Under the pieces are notes generated by a model, which had not been told where the DNA came from, made no database searches, and saw nothing but the letters and a program-made list of their open reading frames with translations. Shown piece by piece: positions 50,701 through 64,000 of a DNA stretch of 64,000 nt. Source of the stretch: Takakia lepidozioides (taxonomy: Eukaryota > Plantae > Bryophyta); NCBI GenBank assembly GCA_030704615.1, contig CM060733.1, forward strand, positions 11,842,001 to 11,906,000. Reading direction: 5' to 3'. The translations under genes and the position numbers were made by a program. Position 1 is the stretch's first letter; each line of letters starts with the position of its first letter.

Positions 50701-52190
50701 TATTATCATTTTCACCAGTCTCCTATACTGAACCAGAACAAATATTGGTCATGAAAAAGTTATTACATTCTTGCTGGTAGGGTCAGAAATGGGTTAAATT
50801 ACCTAAATGCACACAAAGAGATGTAGTGAATCATGAGTGCCCAGCAAGAGCAAGGGAAGCAAAGACTGTAGCCATAGCAAAGAATGTCATTAGTTAGATG
50901 GATTTGCAAGTCATCTTTCCTGTGCCTATGTTTAGCGGGGATAACAGACACTATTATGAATAACTGTTTGAGTTGGTTTGTGGTTGCAGCTACATGTCTG
51001 GATGGCAAAGGAGGACCATTTTCCAAGCTTTGCGGGATGTCTTGATGTCAAGGGACTCCACTTTCAAATATCAGATGCGCCTGCTGCCTTTAAGGTTTGC
51101 ATGTCTGTCTATCAAGGCCCTTTTGTCCTTCCCTGACATCATCACCTTATCACCCAGTTATAACCTAACCATAAGCAGGTTGCTGCCTGCGGAGGCATGC
51201 CTGTCCATGTATCCCCTCGATGGTTCATAGTGCACTCATCCCTGGCATGACATGTTCTGTATCTGTATGCTTCACTTTGTGCACTGGGACAGACAGATGC
51301 AAGCTGTAGAGAGAGGGAAAGGAAATCTGAGAGATAAGCTGCACCACTAGCCTGCTCTTACAGCCTAAAGGTGGCTGCTTGTTCCTTACCATTCCACTCA
51401 CATAATAAGCCTTGCTTGTGTAGGGTATGGGATGGTCTGCCCTAGCCGCTTTTACATGTTGAGAGTGCAAGACCCTAAAATTGTACTTGTAGAGTTGTGG
51501 TAGGCATCTAGAATAGAGTATCCTTCTGTTGACATGTCAAAATTGTCATATTTTCCTCATGTAAGAAGGGAGAACAGATTTTTTTTCTAGTTTCCAAAGG
51601 ATTACAGAATGAGTTGTTTACCATAGCCTTATGGCCATAGACTCTGCGCCTACTTTGTGCGGCAACTGAAGAATTAGATCAGATCATCCTTAAGGTCCTC
51701 ACCCATGTCACAAACTGGAAACGAGTTCAGGGAAGTTTTATGCCACGCTTCATTTTGCTTGGAAGTTCTTTGTGCTTCCGACATGGCCTTAGACACTTCA
51801 GCCTCCAAGTCAGCTTCATCTAGTAGGGTCAGTTCTTCCTGCTAATATTCAGGTACTTTCTGCCAGCACTTGACCCTGTTTAACAGGATGGCCTTGCTTC
51901 TAAGAAATAGAATTGATCATCTGAGGGTATCTGTTATTCGGCATGCGATTCAACTCGCCCCACCATCTGACCGTGAACTCATCACATTGAGAGCTCAAGG
52001 GTGGTACGCCAAGGGATTATAGAATGTACTCATAAGACGTTTTTTGCCGTAGCCTTGTGGCCATTGACCCCGCGCCCAGTGTGAGCGGAACACCAAGGGA
52101 CAGAATTTACCTCTGTCAGAGGCTGATGTCGGTAGTAAGACTTCCCTTGATATAGAACATTGATCCGGGTTTTCCAGATATCCTCTAGAG

Positions 52191-52232
<42 letters not shown>

Positions 52233-53405
52233 GAGAGAGAGATTGTACTCATAAGACGTGTGTTTGCCGTAGCCTTGTGGCCATTGACCCCCCCCGCGCC
52301 CAGTTTGAGCGGGAACAAAAGGACAGAACCTACCTCTGTCAGGGGCTGACGTTGGTAGTAAGACTTATACCTCCATATATAGAATTAATCCGGGTTTTCC
52401 CAGATATCCTCTAGAAATCCCTTCACACAAGCATCAATCTGCTGTGTGTGATTTGCCCAAAACTAGGCCTCAGGAGGGCCTGGGCTTTGGCTCAGCCTCG
52501 AGACTTTCAAGTTGGTAAACAGGGGTACAGGCACAATACCCTTAATAGATTTGAAAGAGCGTTCTTTGGTGAGAGAAACCCCGGACAGTGTATCAGAAAA
52601 TGAATACTGTCTTCAGATTGCCCACACAACGGCAATTGCACTCTCCCTTTCCTCTCTGCTTCTGTTTGCTGTTCAAAGGTAGGCTTCCTGCCCTGAGTTT
52701 AAATTTCAGTCTAGTGCCGAGAGTGGGTAGACCCTTGAGGTCATCCAAGATGTCCCCCCCCATGTCACAGACTGGAACAAGTTCAGGGAAGTTTTCTGCC
52801 TAACTTCATTTTCATCAGACAATCTCATGGCAACAGACATGGCTGAGGACACTACAGCCTCTAAGTCAGATTTTCCAGCAGGGTCAAGACTTGCGGATCC
52901 AGTCCAGGTCCTTGAGGATCTCTCTACTCTCTCTCTTCTGCCAGGACTTAGCCTGTTTGACAGGGCGGTCCTGTTTCCAAGATATAGAGTCGATTAATTT
53001 AGGATATCTGGTGTTGGGCATATGTTGCAGCTGACCCCACCATCTGACCTTGAATTCATCTTGTCGGGAGCTTAAGGACGGAAGCCAAACTCACCATCCA
53101 CCCGAACAGCCACATTGGCTGTTTTGGAGCATGCTGACATACACTCCTTAAGCACCCCCACTTGAATGGATTCTAGAGACTTAGCCTGGTTGGAGTTATC
53201 AACCCATATAGCAGATCCGTACTCCAAGGTAGGTCTAATAACGCGACAAAGCATGGTTTTCTTAACCTCAGAGTTGACCCCTCTGGAGTGGAAAAATTTA
53301 GTGAGCCCTAGAGCTTTGCCCTTTGCCAGTTTGAACAACTTTCCGGATATGTGCATCCCAATTACAATTGGAGGAGAACTCAACGCCCAGGTAAGTGTAG
53401 GAAGG

Positions 53406-53436
<31 letters not shown>

Positions 53437-56400
53437 ATCCATCTTGTAAATAGCTGCTTTGGGTGTCCTCAATCAAAATGCAGTGAACTGATTATTCTCT
53501 GAAGGATTACATGGGTGCGCTAGTGTGAATCTGTGGCGATGATGTGTTGCAATGCAGGGAGTGAGTGGGACACTGTATCTACAAGGGCAGCGCTTGTTTT
53601 TCCATGATGCTACTGGCTGTTATGGTGCTGTCCCTTTGAACGTTTCTGGAGACATGGACCTTAACCCTGAAGATGGAGAGTACCGCCTTAGCTGCCAGTT
53701 TCATTCTCCCCTCTCTCTTTCATTTCTCTCTTTTCTCTATTGCTAGAAGGTGCTTCATACATTAGTCCCTGACCAGCATCATCACTACAGTCATTGCTGA
53801 GAGGGATGGACTGATTGGGGGCCAGGTGTCAGGTGTGGAAAGCAATGCATTGATGCGAAGCCTTGGAGCACAGCCCCCTCCCTTTCCTGTGAGTTTTCTT
53901 GCCTCTGAATGGGATATCTGTTGGTATACAGTGATGTCTTTCTTGTTCTTTCTATGTTTACATCCCTCCTCTTCAGTATTGTTTTCAAAGTTTTGGAATT
54001 CAAAACGTGGGCAACTTACGCTGATTCCTACAACAATGTAGACCAGATATTATAACCATGCAGAGGGAATGCAGCTGGCAGGGGCACTGAAGGGAGTAGT
54101 GTATTGTCGGGGACCTCTTGACTCCCCCATTTTCGAGGGCAGTGTGGAAACAACTGGCAAGGATATGGATTTAATATTTGACACGCGTCCCTCAGCTGCA
54201 ACTGATGCTATCCGAGACAATAGCCGTGGGGGAGCTGTGGCTGCATATGATCATGTTCCCTTCTTATCTGCTTCTGGGAGCTTCACTTTTGATACTGATA
54301 ACTGCGTAAGTTTTCTTGTTATTCGTCAGGTCCCAGTGTATATTTGAACAAAGCCACCCTTGAAGCACTTCATCAGGTGTTTGATCTTTGCTGAAAACCT
54401 CACTGAGGCACACTCTTGCAGTTGAAGGTTTCTATGAAGAAGGGGAATGATCTTCGTGTATCTTTCTAGTAGGGGAGGTTTCAGAAAAATTTGTCTGCAT
54501 TTGAAGAAGATTAGACAATGTGTGTATTGGATGTGTACGACAGATGGCTGAGTTGTATGGAATCAGAGCAGCTCCAGTTGGTGGGGGTGAGATTCGGGGA
54601 GGAGGCAGCATTTGGATCTGCCCAGAGGTGAGAGATTCTCTCATTGTGTAGAGCGGTGTACTCCTTGGCTGTCCCAAGTGAAGATGAGAAATGATGGATT
54701 GCTGAGGGAATAGTCTTGTGGCACATATGAACCTCGGGAGTTTGTCTTGGTTTATACCCTAGCAGGATATGAAAATCATTATCATTGTCATAGTGTCCAT
54801 GGGACACAGTGAGAACACCAACAAAATGAAATTTGAAGGTAGGTGAGGGGAAGTTTCAAGTGGAGGCATGGCTGAGTAGTGCTGTGTGTGGTGGATGCCT
54901 CACCTCTACTCCATGGCTCAACTGATGATTGACCTTTCTGTTACACATGCCATTCCTAAGTTGTACTTGTGCTTCATAGGGTGAAGTGGATCCCACGGCT
55001 GTAAATGTGGACTGCTCTGGACAAGTAGCAGGGGATGCACTGGCACGTTTCTATGCACCAGCAGGCATGGAAATCCCACCTTCTAGCTTTGGGATTATGC
55101 GTGGTGACGCCAGAATCCGAGGCGCCATTCTTATGCCGTATGTTCACTCGTGCCTTGTTGCCTTTTTCTCGAACTTATAGGTCATCAGTCTGGGGTCCTG
55201 ATTGTACTACGTCTAACTTTGCAAAGTATTTACAGTGTGTGCTTTGGCTGCTATTGGATTCAGAGTGTTTGACATCAAATGGGCGACACCCGAGGCTCAA
55301 GGTGCGTTCGACGGCGCCCACGGGGACATCCATATGGCACGCGATGCCATTACTATCAACTCCTCTGCCTTCACGTTTGACATCTCCTCCAAGATTCATA
55401 CGTCATATCCCCCCGTTGCTCCAAAAAGGGGTCCTCGAACTTTTGAATTCAAGCCAGCTGTTCCGCCCACAATTGAGGGTTTGGATTTGGATCTTCGGTT
55501 CCGGGGATTTGACATTATGGCTTTGCCCCCTCTGAGTGCCCGGACTTCTCCCCCCTCCCCACATGCCATGCATATGAAAGTCACTGGAAAACTGAAGTTC
55601 AATGGACATGTGCCAAATAATGCAGCTAATATGGAGGGTGCAGATTCAGTGAACTTTCAGGAGGAACGGAATGGAACTGCTAGTAATGCATATCGGGGTT
55701 CCAGGGCAAGTGAGGCCAACAAGTTTGCAGGGATGGTTGGGGAGGTGTCATTATCAGGCTTGAAGCTGAACCAGTTGCTTGTGGCCCCACATCTCACAGG
55801 CTCTTTGGATATCTTTCCTTCCTGTTTGAATGTGAGTTATGACCCCAGGGTGGGGGAAGACTAGTGTTAGTTCACCAGATTAGAAGTGTGCTTACAGGAA
55901 ACAGATATAAGTGGCCCTGTAGGTTTATAGTACAGGGTAATCTTGCAAATCAAAAGAAGACATATTTGTTAGCTCATTTGAGACTGGAGTTCCGCTCACA
56001 GGTCCAAACTTGAAAACACACTAGCATTGTTTCACACAATCGTGAAACTAAACATGTTCCGTTTACAAATTGGTGACTATCTCTTTCGTTTGCTGTTTCT
56101 TGCCTTTATTACCTACCATCTGTGGGTAGTGCAACTACAGTCGTATCTCTTATGTCTGTGACGGCGGATTTAATGCTCAAATGATTTCCTGCCCTCGCTA
56201 AGTCCAAGAAACCAGAGTGTTACATACTGTATGTGAGGGTGGCAATAACATCCTGTTTTTATGCCCTGGTGGTCTAACGCAGGAAGGAGATCCTGAAAGG
56301 GAGAATCCTGCGCTGGGTATGTCATAGCGTATTTTCAGAGGTAGGGCTCAGTGAGCATAACCCGCTCTTTGTATGGGCTTATGTATGTTGTGTATGGTTT

Positions 56401-59400
56401 GGACAGCTTCAAACATCAGGGAGGCCAGATGAGCATCTCCACATCCACATATCTGATGGCAAGAAGGGTTTCAGTATTGCACAGAAAGGGCAAGGGTCGT
56501 CATCCAATCTTGGCGAGGGTCTGAAGGAGGGAGCATCTTTTTCACTGCAAAGGGGTCAGCTGCGCTCTGAATTGCATTACAAGCCGGGTCGTTTAGCAAA
56601 GCTGGAGGTATTTGTGCTGACCTGCGGACTCCTGTTGTCCATGATATTTCATTGAAGTTTGTATTCCTGTAGGCTGTTCATAAGATGTTCAGATATCTGG
56701 TACTGCGATGTCTCTTGGCGGCTCTCTTCCATTTTTGTGGTTGGGACGTAAGGAAGACACACACAGGGGATAACAGCTATTGATCGGGGATAATTTGTGC
56801 CTCAGATTCGGAACCTACAGCTAGATGAGCTGGAACTGGCCTCTCTGCGAGGAGCAGTACAGAAGGTACGATCCACAGTGTCTTCGTTACAAATATATCC
56901 TGCATGAGTGGGAGAACTGTCTGCAGATACTTTCCTAGAAGCATGTAGACATTACTTATGGCCTTGCACCTGGAGTCATGTCAGTCTTTCTATGACTTTG
57001 TCTTGTTGGTTCTCATTCTAGCTTTTGGGATTGATGCTGGAGTATTCAGTGATGTCTCCTTTTTCCTAAAAACAGATGGAAGGCTGTACAGGTAAGTTGG
57101 ACAGTTCAAAATTGCATGGTGCTCAACCCCCAAAGACGGGAGGCCTATGGTGCAAGTCATTGTACAGAAATTTTCTTCTGTAAGGTGTGAGGGTGTGTGT
57201 TTGGCAGAGTTTAATCTATAATGACATCAGAAACTCCACATGGCAAAGTGAAGGCTAAGTTTTGATCGGGAGAAGGTGGGAAAGACTTTGAGATAGATTC
57301 AAAATAGCAAAAAGAGCCGTGTCACATTGTGGGAGTGGTCAGAGGAAGTAGCCAAATTTCCCGCCCTCGGGCCCACCCTTACACGGCAGAAATCTTCTGT
57401 ATTTCATGCAGATTCACTTGATTGTTGCAAATGCAGGCAGAGATAGCACTGAATCTACAGAAGAGAAGAGGGCAAGGGAGCATATCGGTTCGGCGGCCAC
57501 GGTTTAGTGGGGTACAGGGCGAGTCTCTAGATGTTGCTGCTCGTTGGTCTGGTGATGTGGTACGGTTCCTTTGCCTTTTATGTTGTAGGTCAGAAAATGC
57601 CCTTCTAGCCGCACTGCATCATATGTAATGGTCGGAGTGTAATGCTGCACTTCTCAACTACTAGTTTCTGAAGTAAACATGTGGGAAAAGGGTAGTTAGA
57701 CTTTCAGGAAGCTCGGAAAATAAAAACAGCTTGTATTAAGCTTCCCATACTGTGCATTCATGACAGAAACATATTCAATGTAGCCTTTGACTGTTTTGGT
57801 ATCTTGGTTTCTCTTAACCTGCCAGGTATCAGCCTTGTTATGACCACAGGGAGGTGGTAATTCATACTTCGGTCAGGATAGCAGCTGTGATGGACTGTCA
57901 GTTATGAAACAAGGATGTGCTGAACCTAGATTCTTCCATCCCAAGGATATGGAGAAAAGGTTGAAGAAGTAGCAAGTGTGGTAGTGAAGGGAGCATCTTG
58001 TTCACTTGGTAAGTGCCATTGTGCAGGTGACACTGGAGAAATCGGTATTAGAACAAGCCAACAGTAGGTACGAGCTGCAAGGAGAATATGTATTACCAGG
58101 GCCCCGAGCAGCGGAAAAGGGGCGCGAGGAGGAGGTGGTGTGGGAGAGGGCTATGGCAGGGCAGCTTGGTAATTTCATCACATCCATGGGCCGCTGGCGA
58201 TTGCGCCTTGAAGTACCCCGTGCCGAAGTTTCTGAAATGCTGCCAGTTGCCCGATTGCTATCTAGGAGCAGTGATCCTGCTGTTGTTTCTAGATCGAAGG
58301 TACGACCTTTGCCCCTATCCTCCCATCCATTGGACTTCCTCTGGATTTTCAGTCAAATTCCTTTTTCTTCCTTTCTCTCCATATCTGCTATGGCAAACAA
58401 CGTCTTATGAGTGCATTCTTACCACGTCTGCCTCTCTTTTGTTTATCAAAAATCAAGAAGTGTGTCACCACACCTCTGTTTGCGCAGTCCAGACGATGCC
58501 ACAATACTCTGCAGGCTCAAAAAACTGGGGTGAATAACACTTTGAAGTAATCCAGCATTAAGTGCTTAGAGACAATCTGCAGAAAAACAATCAACTTCAT
58601 TTGTAAGGGTAACACTGCTGGGCAATTCTTCCATGATGGGCCCATTCTTTTTACTTGGTATGGAGCATGGGGTCTATGGCCACAAGGATGTGACAAGCAA
58701 TCCCTAATGACTACGTTGATGGCCTTTCTAGTGAACCCTCTCCAGTTTTCCCTTTGATTGGTGTATGTATCTAACCAGAAGTATATGGACTGGGGTCATT
58801 TCACCTGCCGAGTTGAAGGGCTTATCGAACATCAGTAAAACTTTCCTCTAATTTTAGACGTTTGGGAAGTAGTAGGAAGTTCTTCTTGATCAGAGCATGG
58901 ATTGCTATCAAGGATCGTGGTTACCACCAACAAGCTGAATGGGATTGTTGGGTCTCCCACAGGAATTATTTTTGCAAGGGGTGCAGAGTGCAGGTTTTTT
59001 CGCCAACAACTTGAAAGAGCAACTTGAGGTATTCATGTTGATCCTGACAATAAAACTGTGCAGCAATCTAGTATTGAAATGCTTTGAAACTGTCTATGTA
59101 GCCTCTGTTGGAACAATCATGATTTTTGGACACCGGTGGCTGACAAGAAAACATCCTCAAAGCCGTTGAATCTTGTATGGTCCCATTAACTTACTCCATG
59201 TCTGTCAGTTCTTATGCTGGGTTCGCCGTATTACAGATTATAATGTAGATCTTGAACCCATGGACTGTTGAACCGTTGCAGATGTGTCCTGACATACTTC
59301 AATTATGAATCTCTTCCTCCAGCCTACCAGTAGACACCTAAAGGTGATCCTTTTTTTCTTGCTGAAAGCTGCGAGCAACTCCTGAGAAGTAAAGTGGCAG

Positions 59401-62400
59401 TACTTTTGTCCAAATAAATGAGCAGATGAAGGGATGGATGACAGTGTTGCCGAATGTCTGCATCAATGGACTGTAGTAATGCCACAAGGATTCCGGTAGC
59501 AACATACAGAAACAGCAAACAGAGATGAACATTTTAGTGACAGGTACAGGCTGTGCCGTATCACCCTGTGTCATAGACCAAAATTCAACGTGGAGTTCTA
59601 TGCCGTCACAAAAGAGCATGAGTTTCATGCAGCAGGTGTCCTTGGTATGATCCTTCTAAGATTATACCTGGTGTGTGACCTGCTGCAGTATATAAGGAGG
59701 AGTAAAGGAGTGACTACACCAGAGGAGGGCAGTCCAGAGTCCATTCCTTTGCCTGGGTTGGCAGAGCTCAAGGGTCAATGGCACGGTACTCTTGAAGCAA
59801 GTGGTGGTGGCAATGGTGACACCACGGTCTGGTTCTCTCTGACACAGATTTTCCTTGATTTGATGTTGACGTACAATTCACTGACTTTACATGCAAGACA
59901 TCTGATAAAATGCAGTATTTATTTACAGTGTTTGAGATACCTTTTGTTGGATTGAGCAGGCAGATTTTGATCTACGGGGAGAAGATTGGGAATGGGGTGC
60001 CTACAAAACCCAACGAGTCATTGCAATTGGTGACTTTGGCAACAATGATGGCCTTCGGCTTGAGAACTTTTTCATCCAAAAGGACACTGCAACGCTCCAT
60101 GCAGATGGCACCCTTTTAGGCCCAAAACCCAACCTGCATTTTGCAGTTTTGAATTTCCCAGTTGGCCTGGTTCCCCCTCTCTTACATGCAATTCAGTCTT
60201 CTAGTTCTGAGCCTCTCCCATCTCCCTCTGCACGTGGACCCCATACACGCATTAAAGGGATTCTCTATATGGAAGGAGATCTTCGGGGTCATCTAGTGCA
60301 GCCCCAATGTGATGTTCAGATACGGTTGCTCGATGGCTCTATAGGTGGCGTCAGCTTGGGCAGAGCTGAGGTGGCAGCTTCAATCACCTCCACCAACCGG
60401 CTGGCTTTCAATGCAGTCTTGGAGCCTGTGACGCACTCTGGCCATGTGCGTGTACGTGGGAGCCTGCCCATGGGCCCGGGGGGCAGTCTTGAGAACTTGC
60501 AGGATGACCGAGAAGAAGATCGGGCAAGGGAGAGGGAGAAAAATAGGCGAGCTCGTGGGCGGGGTTGGGAAAGGAAGCGGGAGAGAGAGGGTGATGACTC
60601 TGAAGAGAAGGAGCCCATTCCTGAGAAGAGCGGGGGAGATGAGGGCTGGGGTGTTCGCCTGGCGGAGAGCCTGAAGGCTTTGGAAGACCAATTTGTTGAT
60701 ACCAGTGCTGTCCAGGTGGATGCTGCAGTCAAAGATGGGGGCATGATGCTGCTTACAGCTATTTCACCAGGCCTCCACTGGCTCCAGGGAAATGCTGACA
60801 TCACACTGCAGGTAAGCTCCCAGCATAGTCTGCATGAGGGGATACATATTTCAGATTGTGTTAATGTTCCATCATGACTTCCACCTTTCTAAGTTTCCTT
60901 GTAGTACAGTTGTAGGACTCTGGGTTTGGTTTGGTTGACTTTGTCTTCTTTTTTGAAGGGATTTCAGTTTTGATTTGTGGGCAGCAGGTAAGTACACAAG
61001 ATTCAATTATACTGCAATCTATTATAGAGAGTGGCCACAGTGTTTCACGGAGATCTGTTGTGAGGCATGTGCATTCCATTGGGAGGCCTGGCAATCCGTG
61101 GGTGAGATTCTGGTTTTAAGAACACAGCGTACATGTGGGCATAGAAATTCTGGGACTTCTGGGGAGGCTCCTGATGGAAATGGCAATTAGTGCTAAAGTT
61201 CAAATTGACTGGCAGTTCGAAGAAAGGAAACAAACTGTGCCCTAGATAAAAATTCACACATGCCTCTAGTGGTACTGTGGAAAGAAAACCAGTATGAAGA
61301 GACAAAGCCTGAGAGACGAAGACATTGAGAGCAGCAAGAAGAAATGCATGCGAAGCTAACTTGTCCGACAAGTACTACCACCTATATGCCTGCAGTTTGT
61401 AGGTATCATCGCCTATTGCTCATAATTGCCAGGTTTCTCAATTTCACGATCCTCTAACATGGAACCCATGGTCTCTTAACTAGATTTGGGGGATTATCAT
61501 GTTACTCAGGTCAGGGGGACGATTCAGCAGCCAATTGCAGATGGTGTGGCTTACTTCCACAAGGTAGCGATATCATCACCTGTGCTGCCTAAGCCTCTCT
61601 CCAATCTTGGGGGGAAAATTCGTGTGAAGAACAACCAGCTTTGTGTAGAGGGGCTTGAAGGGAGAGTGGGAAGACGTGGCCACCTGGAGGTGAAAGGCCA
61701 ATTGCCCCTCAGATCCAGCGATATTCCTACCAATGGAGAGGCTATAGAGATCAAAACTGAAACCTTGGAAGTGCGAGCAAGAAATGTTTTCAGGTGCTTA
61801 GTCCTGATGCAAAATTAAGTGAGAATTTCAACTACTTTGAGGTGGCCTAAAGATAGGGAGATCATGTTCTGGACGAGATTCTGGCTGCTGCACTTGAAAA
61901 CATTCTAATCAAGAAGTTTAGGATGGGATATGCAAGTTTGAACCTGCTTTTTGGTGTTGTAGCTTTGGCTGATGAAGTCACTGGAAATGGTGCTTGGCGT
62001 GGGCAGTGGGCAGGTGGACAGCCAGGTGCGGTTGATGGGCTCTCTTTTGGAACCTGAGGTTACCGGAGTGATAAAGCTGAGTCATGGTGAGGCCTACCTC
62101 TCTCAAGAAAAGGGGTTTGAGAAGGGTGCGAGTGCCTCCCCTTCAACTATATCCACCAGTCCCCCAGGGGGCGGCTACAGCTGGATGGCAGCTGCTGAAA
62201 ACATTGCACGGAGTCACACTGCTGATGCGTTTATCTTGCCAGATAACCTCATCAGCAAGCCGTCGGGTATGTGAGCTCTCAGTTAGGTAATTTGTTGCAA
62301 GGTGCACAGGCACCTCTTGGACCACAAGAACTTTCAGTAGAGAAGTTTTGGAGTCATAGAGGTTTTTTGTTGGCGAGAAGGAAAATTTGCCATTGAAATT

Positions 62401-63391
62401 TGTATTCCTTGGTACCTAAACCTGTCAATGATAGAATGCTGCAGTTCATCTGGTTTCAAGTACACAAATGAGAGTTCAACTGCACCTTCACTGTCTTGTG
62501 CCAGAGCAACAAGCTTTGGAAGTTTGGACTTTCATTTGCAATCCATCCCATAATCTAAATCTTTCGGTTGCCATGTTGTAATTTGTGAAGGTGCAGGAGA
62601 GGAGCTGATAATGGGAGATGGCAGCAAGGATCGAAGCACACAGCCTCCTGTATCTGTTCGATTACGTGGGCTTAAATTGCAGCTTGGGCCTGAGCTTCGC
62701 ATGGTGTATCCTTTGATTCTCAACTTTGCTGTCAGCGGGGAACTGGAGCTCAATGGATTTGCAGATCCCCTTCGGGTGAAGCCTAAGGGCACTTTGACTT
62801 TCGAGAATGGGGACGTTAATCTTGTTGCCACTCAGGTAGATTTTTTTGACTCTGTTGTGTGACCAGGACTATTAACGTGCTGCTAAAGTCATTATGTTGT
62901 GGCAGTGATGATGGTTACTAATCACTAATCTAGTGGGTTTGCATGGATCAGGCTATGATTTCCTGTCATTTATCAGGGTTGTTTGCTTGAACATATTGTT
63001 ATCTTTTTTATCAGGGGGAACCTTTTTGTTCGCAACACTCTTTCCCTCATATCCTTCCTGTATTTGCAAAATGCATCTCGACCAATGCTGTTGTTGAGTT
63101 CTTGAGGTAACAGGTTTCTTGGATACCTCTGTTCAAGATTCTAGCTATCACCACAAAGCAGCGATCAAAACCTCAAAGCGGAAGAATTGATGCTTGCAGG
63201 TTAGGCTCAACAGGGACCATCCAAACAGGGCTAAATTTGAGCCTGATCAGGGCTTAGACCCTACCCTTGACCTGGCACTGGTGGGGGCAGAATGGCAGCT
63301 CGTGGTTCAAGGACGTGCTCGCAACTGGCAAGACAACCTTGTTCTCACGTCTAATGGCACCGGAAAGCAAGATACCCTCACTTCCTTTGAG
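47767..63391 (+). CDS. TIC236: TIC236 / EMB2410 (TamB-like chloroplast inner-envelope translocon component), 3' end beyond the window
   Basis: Exons: 47767-49635 (frame break near 49313-49415), 50075-50267, 50539-50598, 50990-51094, 53558-53698, 53826-53888, 54075-54305, 54544-54627, 54980-55137, 55264-55831, 56407-56607, 56806-56865, 57437-57559, 58027-58299, 58963-59028, 59689-59826, 59960-60811, 61510-61793, 62007-62266, 62591-62835, 63200-63391. Motifs: transit peptide + TM helix, GPHAEEFSCGE, LLAYGDQEPR, LQLDELELASLRG, LGPELRMVYPLILNFAVSGELELNG, KFEPDQGLDPTLDLALVG. Confidence 0.93.
51620..52190 (-). mobile_element. Older diverged copy plus short 3' copy of the intronic LINE family
   Basis: 51620-52000 is a diverged match to 52740-53070. 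52024-52190 carries the TACTCATAAGACG 3' end. Confidence 0.75.
52243..53405 (-). mobile_element. Longest copy (~1.16 kb) of the intronic non-LTR retrotransposon, in TIC236 intron 4
   Basis: Matches 10838-11484 and extends into post-RT sequence (IRPTLEYGSAIW...LESIQ...KTANVAVR). Flanked by probable TSD GAGGAGAGAGAGA in (GA)n. Confidence 0.85.
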
Positions 63392-64000
63392 GTCTCTCTT
63401 CTTTTTGTTTATTTGTTGTTAAAGACGAGTCGGGCAAGACCCCAGATCAACCTCATTTTGTGTTTCTCTTGGATGTTATAGAGCTTCTCTTTCCCAGGGT
63501 TTTTTCCTTCCTTCTCCCCTCCTCTGATATCCCTTCGAAATTGTACTAGAAGAGTGAGGCCAAGATTCGTATGGCCTGTTTGGGACCCAAGAATTGCCTG
63601 AAAAACCTCACATCGTTGGGCATTTGGGTGATTTCAGCTTCCCCATGTTGCAAACTCGTGAGGAAGTTGGCGACATCTTTACAGAATCCACCTGTTCCAT
63701 CTCTGGGCATGTTGGTATTGATAGAAAACACCTTATACGTTGTAGTCAGCACTGTGCTGAAAGAGAGTCCCTCTTTGATCACACAGCAGACTGACACTGT
63801 TTTGCACTTTCCTCTCATTTGAGCAGCTCACGAAGGTTGTTGGGTTTGAATTCTGAATTCAAATTTTCATGATCCGTCTTGGAGCAAGGGTTTAGGTTTC
63901 TAATGCTGTCTTTGTCTGTTACCCCCTCCACTCCCATAATCTCTGTGAATGAAGGTTTTTTTTTTCATCTTCCTTTTCCAGAGATTCCTCACCTCAGTGG

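Overview
Eukaryotic land-plant nuclear DNA, probably a bryophyte or other early-diverging lineage (inferred from the gene models and TE content). There are two spliced host genes: a complete 10-exon polyamine oxidase (minus strand, 9256-16993) and most of the chloroplast import gene TIC236 (plus strand, from 47767, running off the window). The rest is a dense TE landscape: CACTA elements (one Pack-type with a captured PPR fragment, nested in a hAT MITE, both TSDs intact), hAT MITEs, two decayed hAT transposases, a truncated Ty3/gypsy, an L1-like LINE 3' end, and a young non-L1 LINE family found repeatedly in introns. The most unusual part is the ~16 kb block at 26.6-43.05 kb. It holds a hAT-like transposase and an intronless, decayed protein-kinase gene facing each other, each preceded by the same array of ~50-bp palindromic TGCGACCACC...GGTGGTCGCA units and a TATA box. 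Between and beyond them lie a ~120-bp satellite in both orientations, a dispersed ~0.4-kb module and a ~0.9-kb foldback ending in a CACTA-type terminus. All alignments were done by eye. Some frame or splice defects may be assembly indels.
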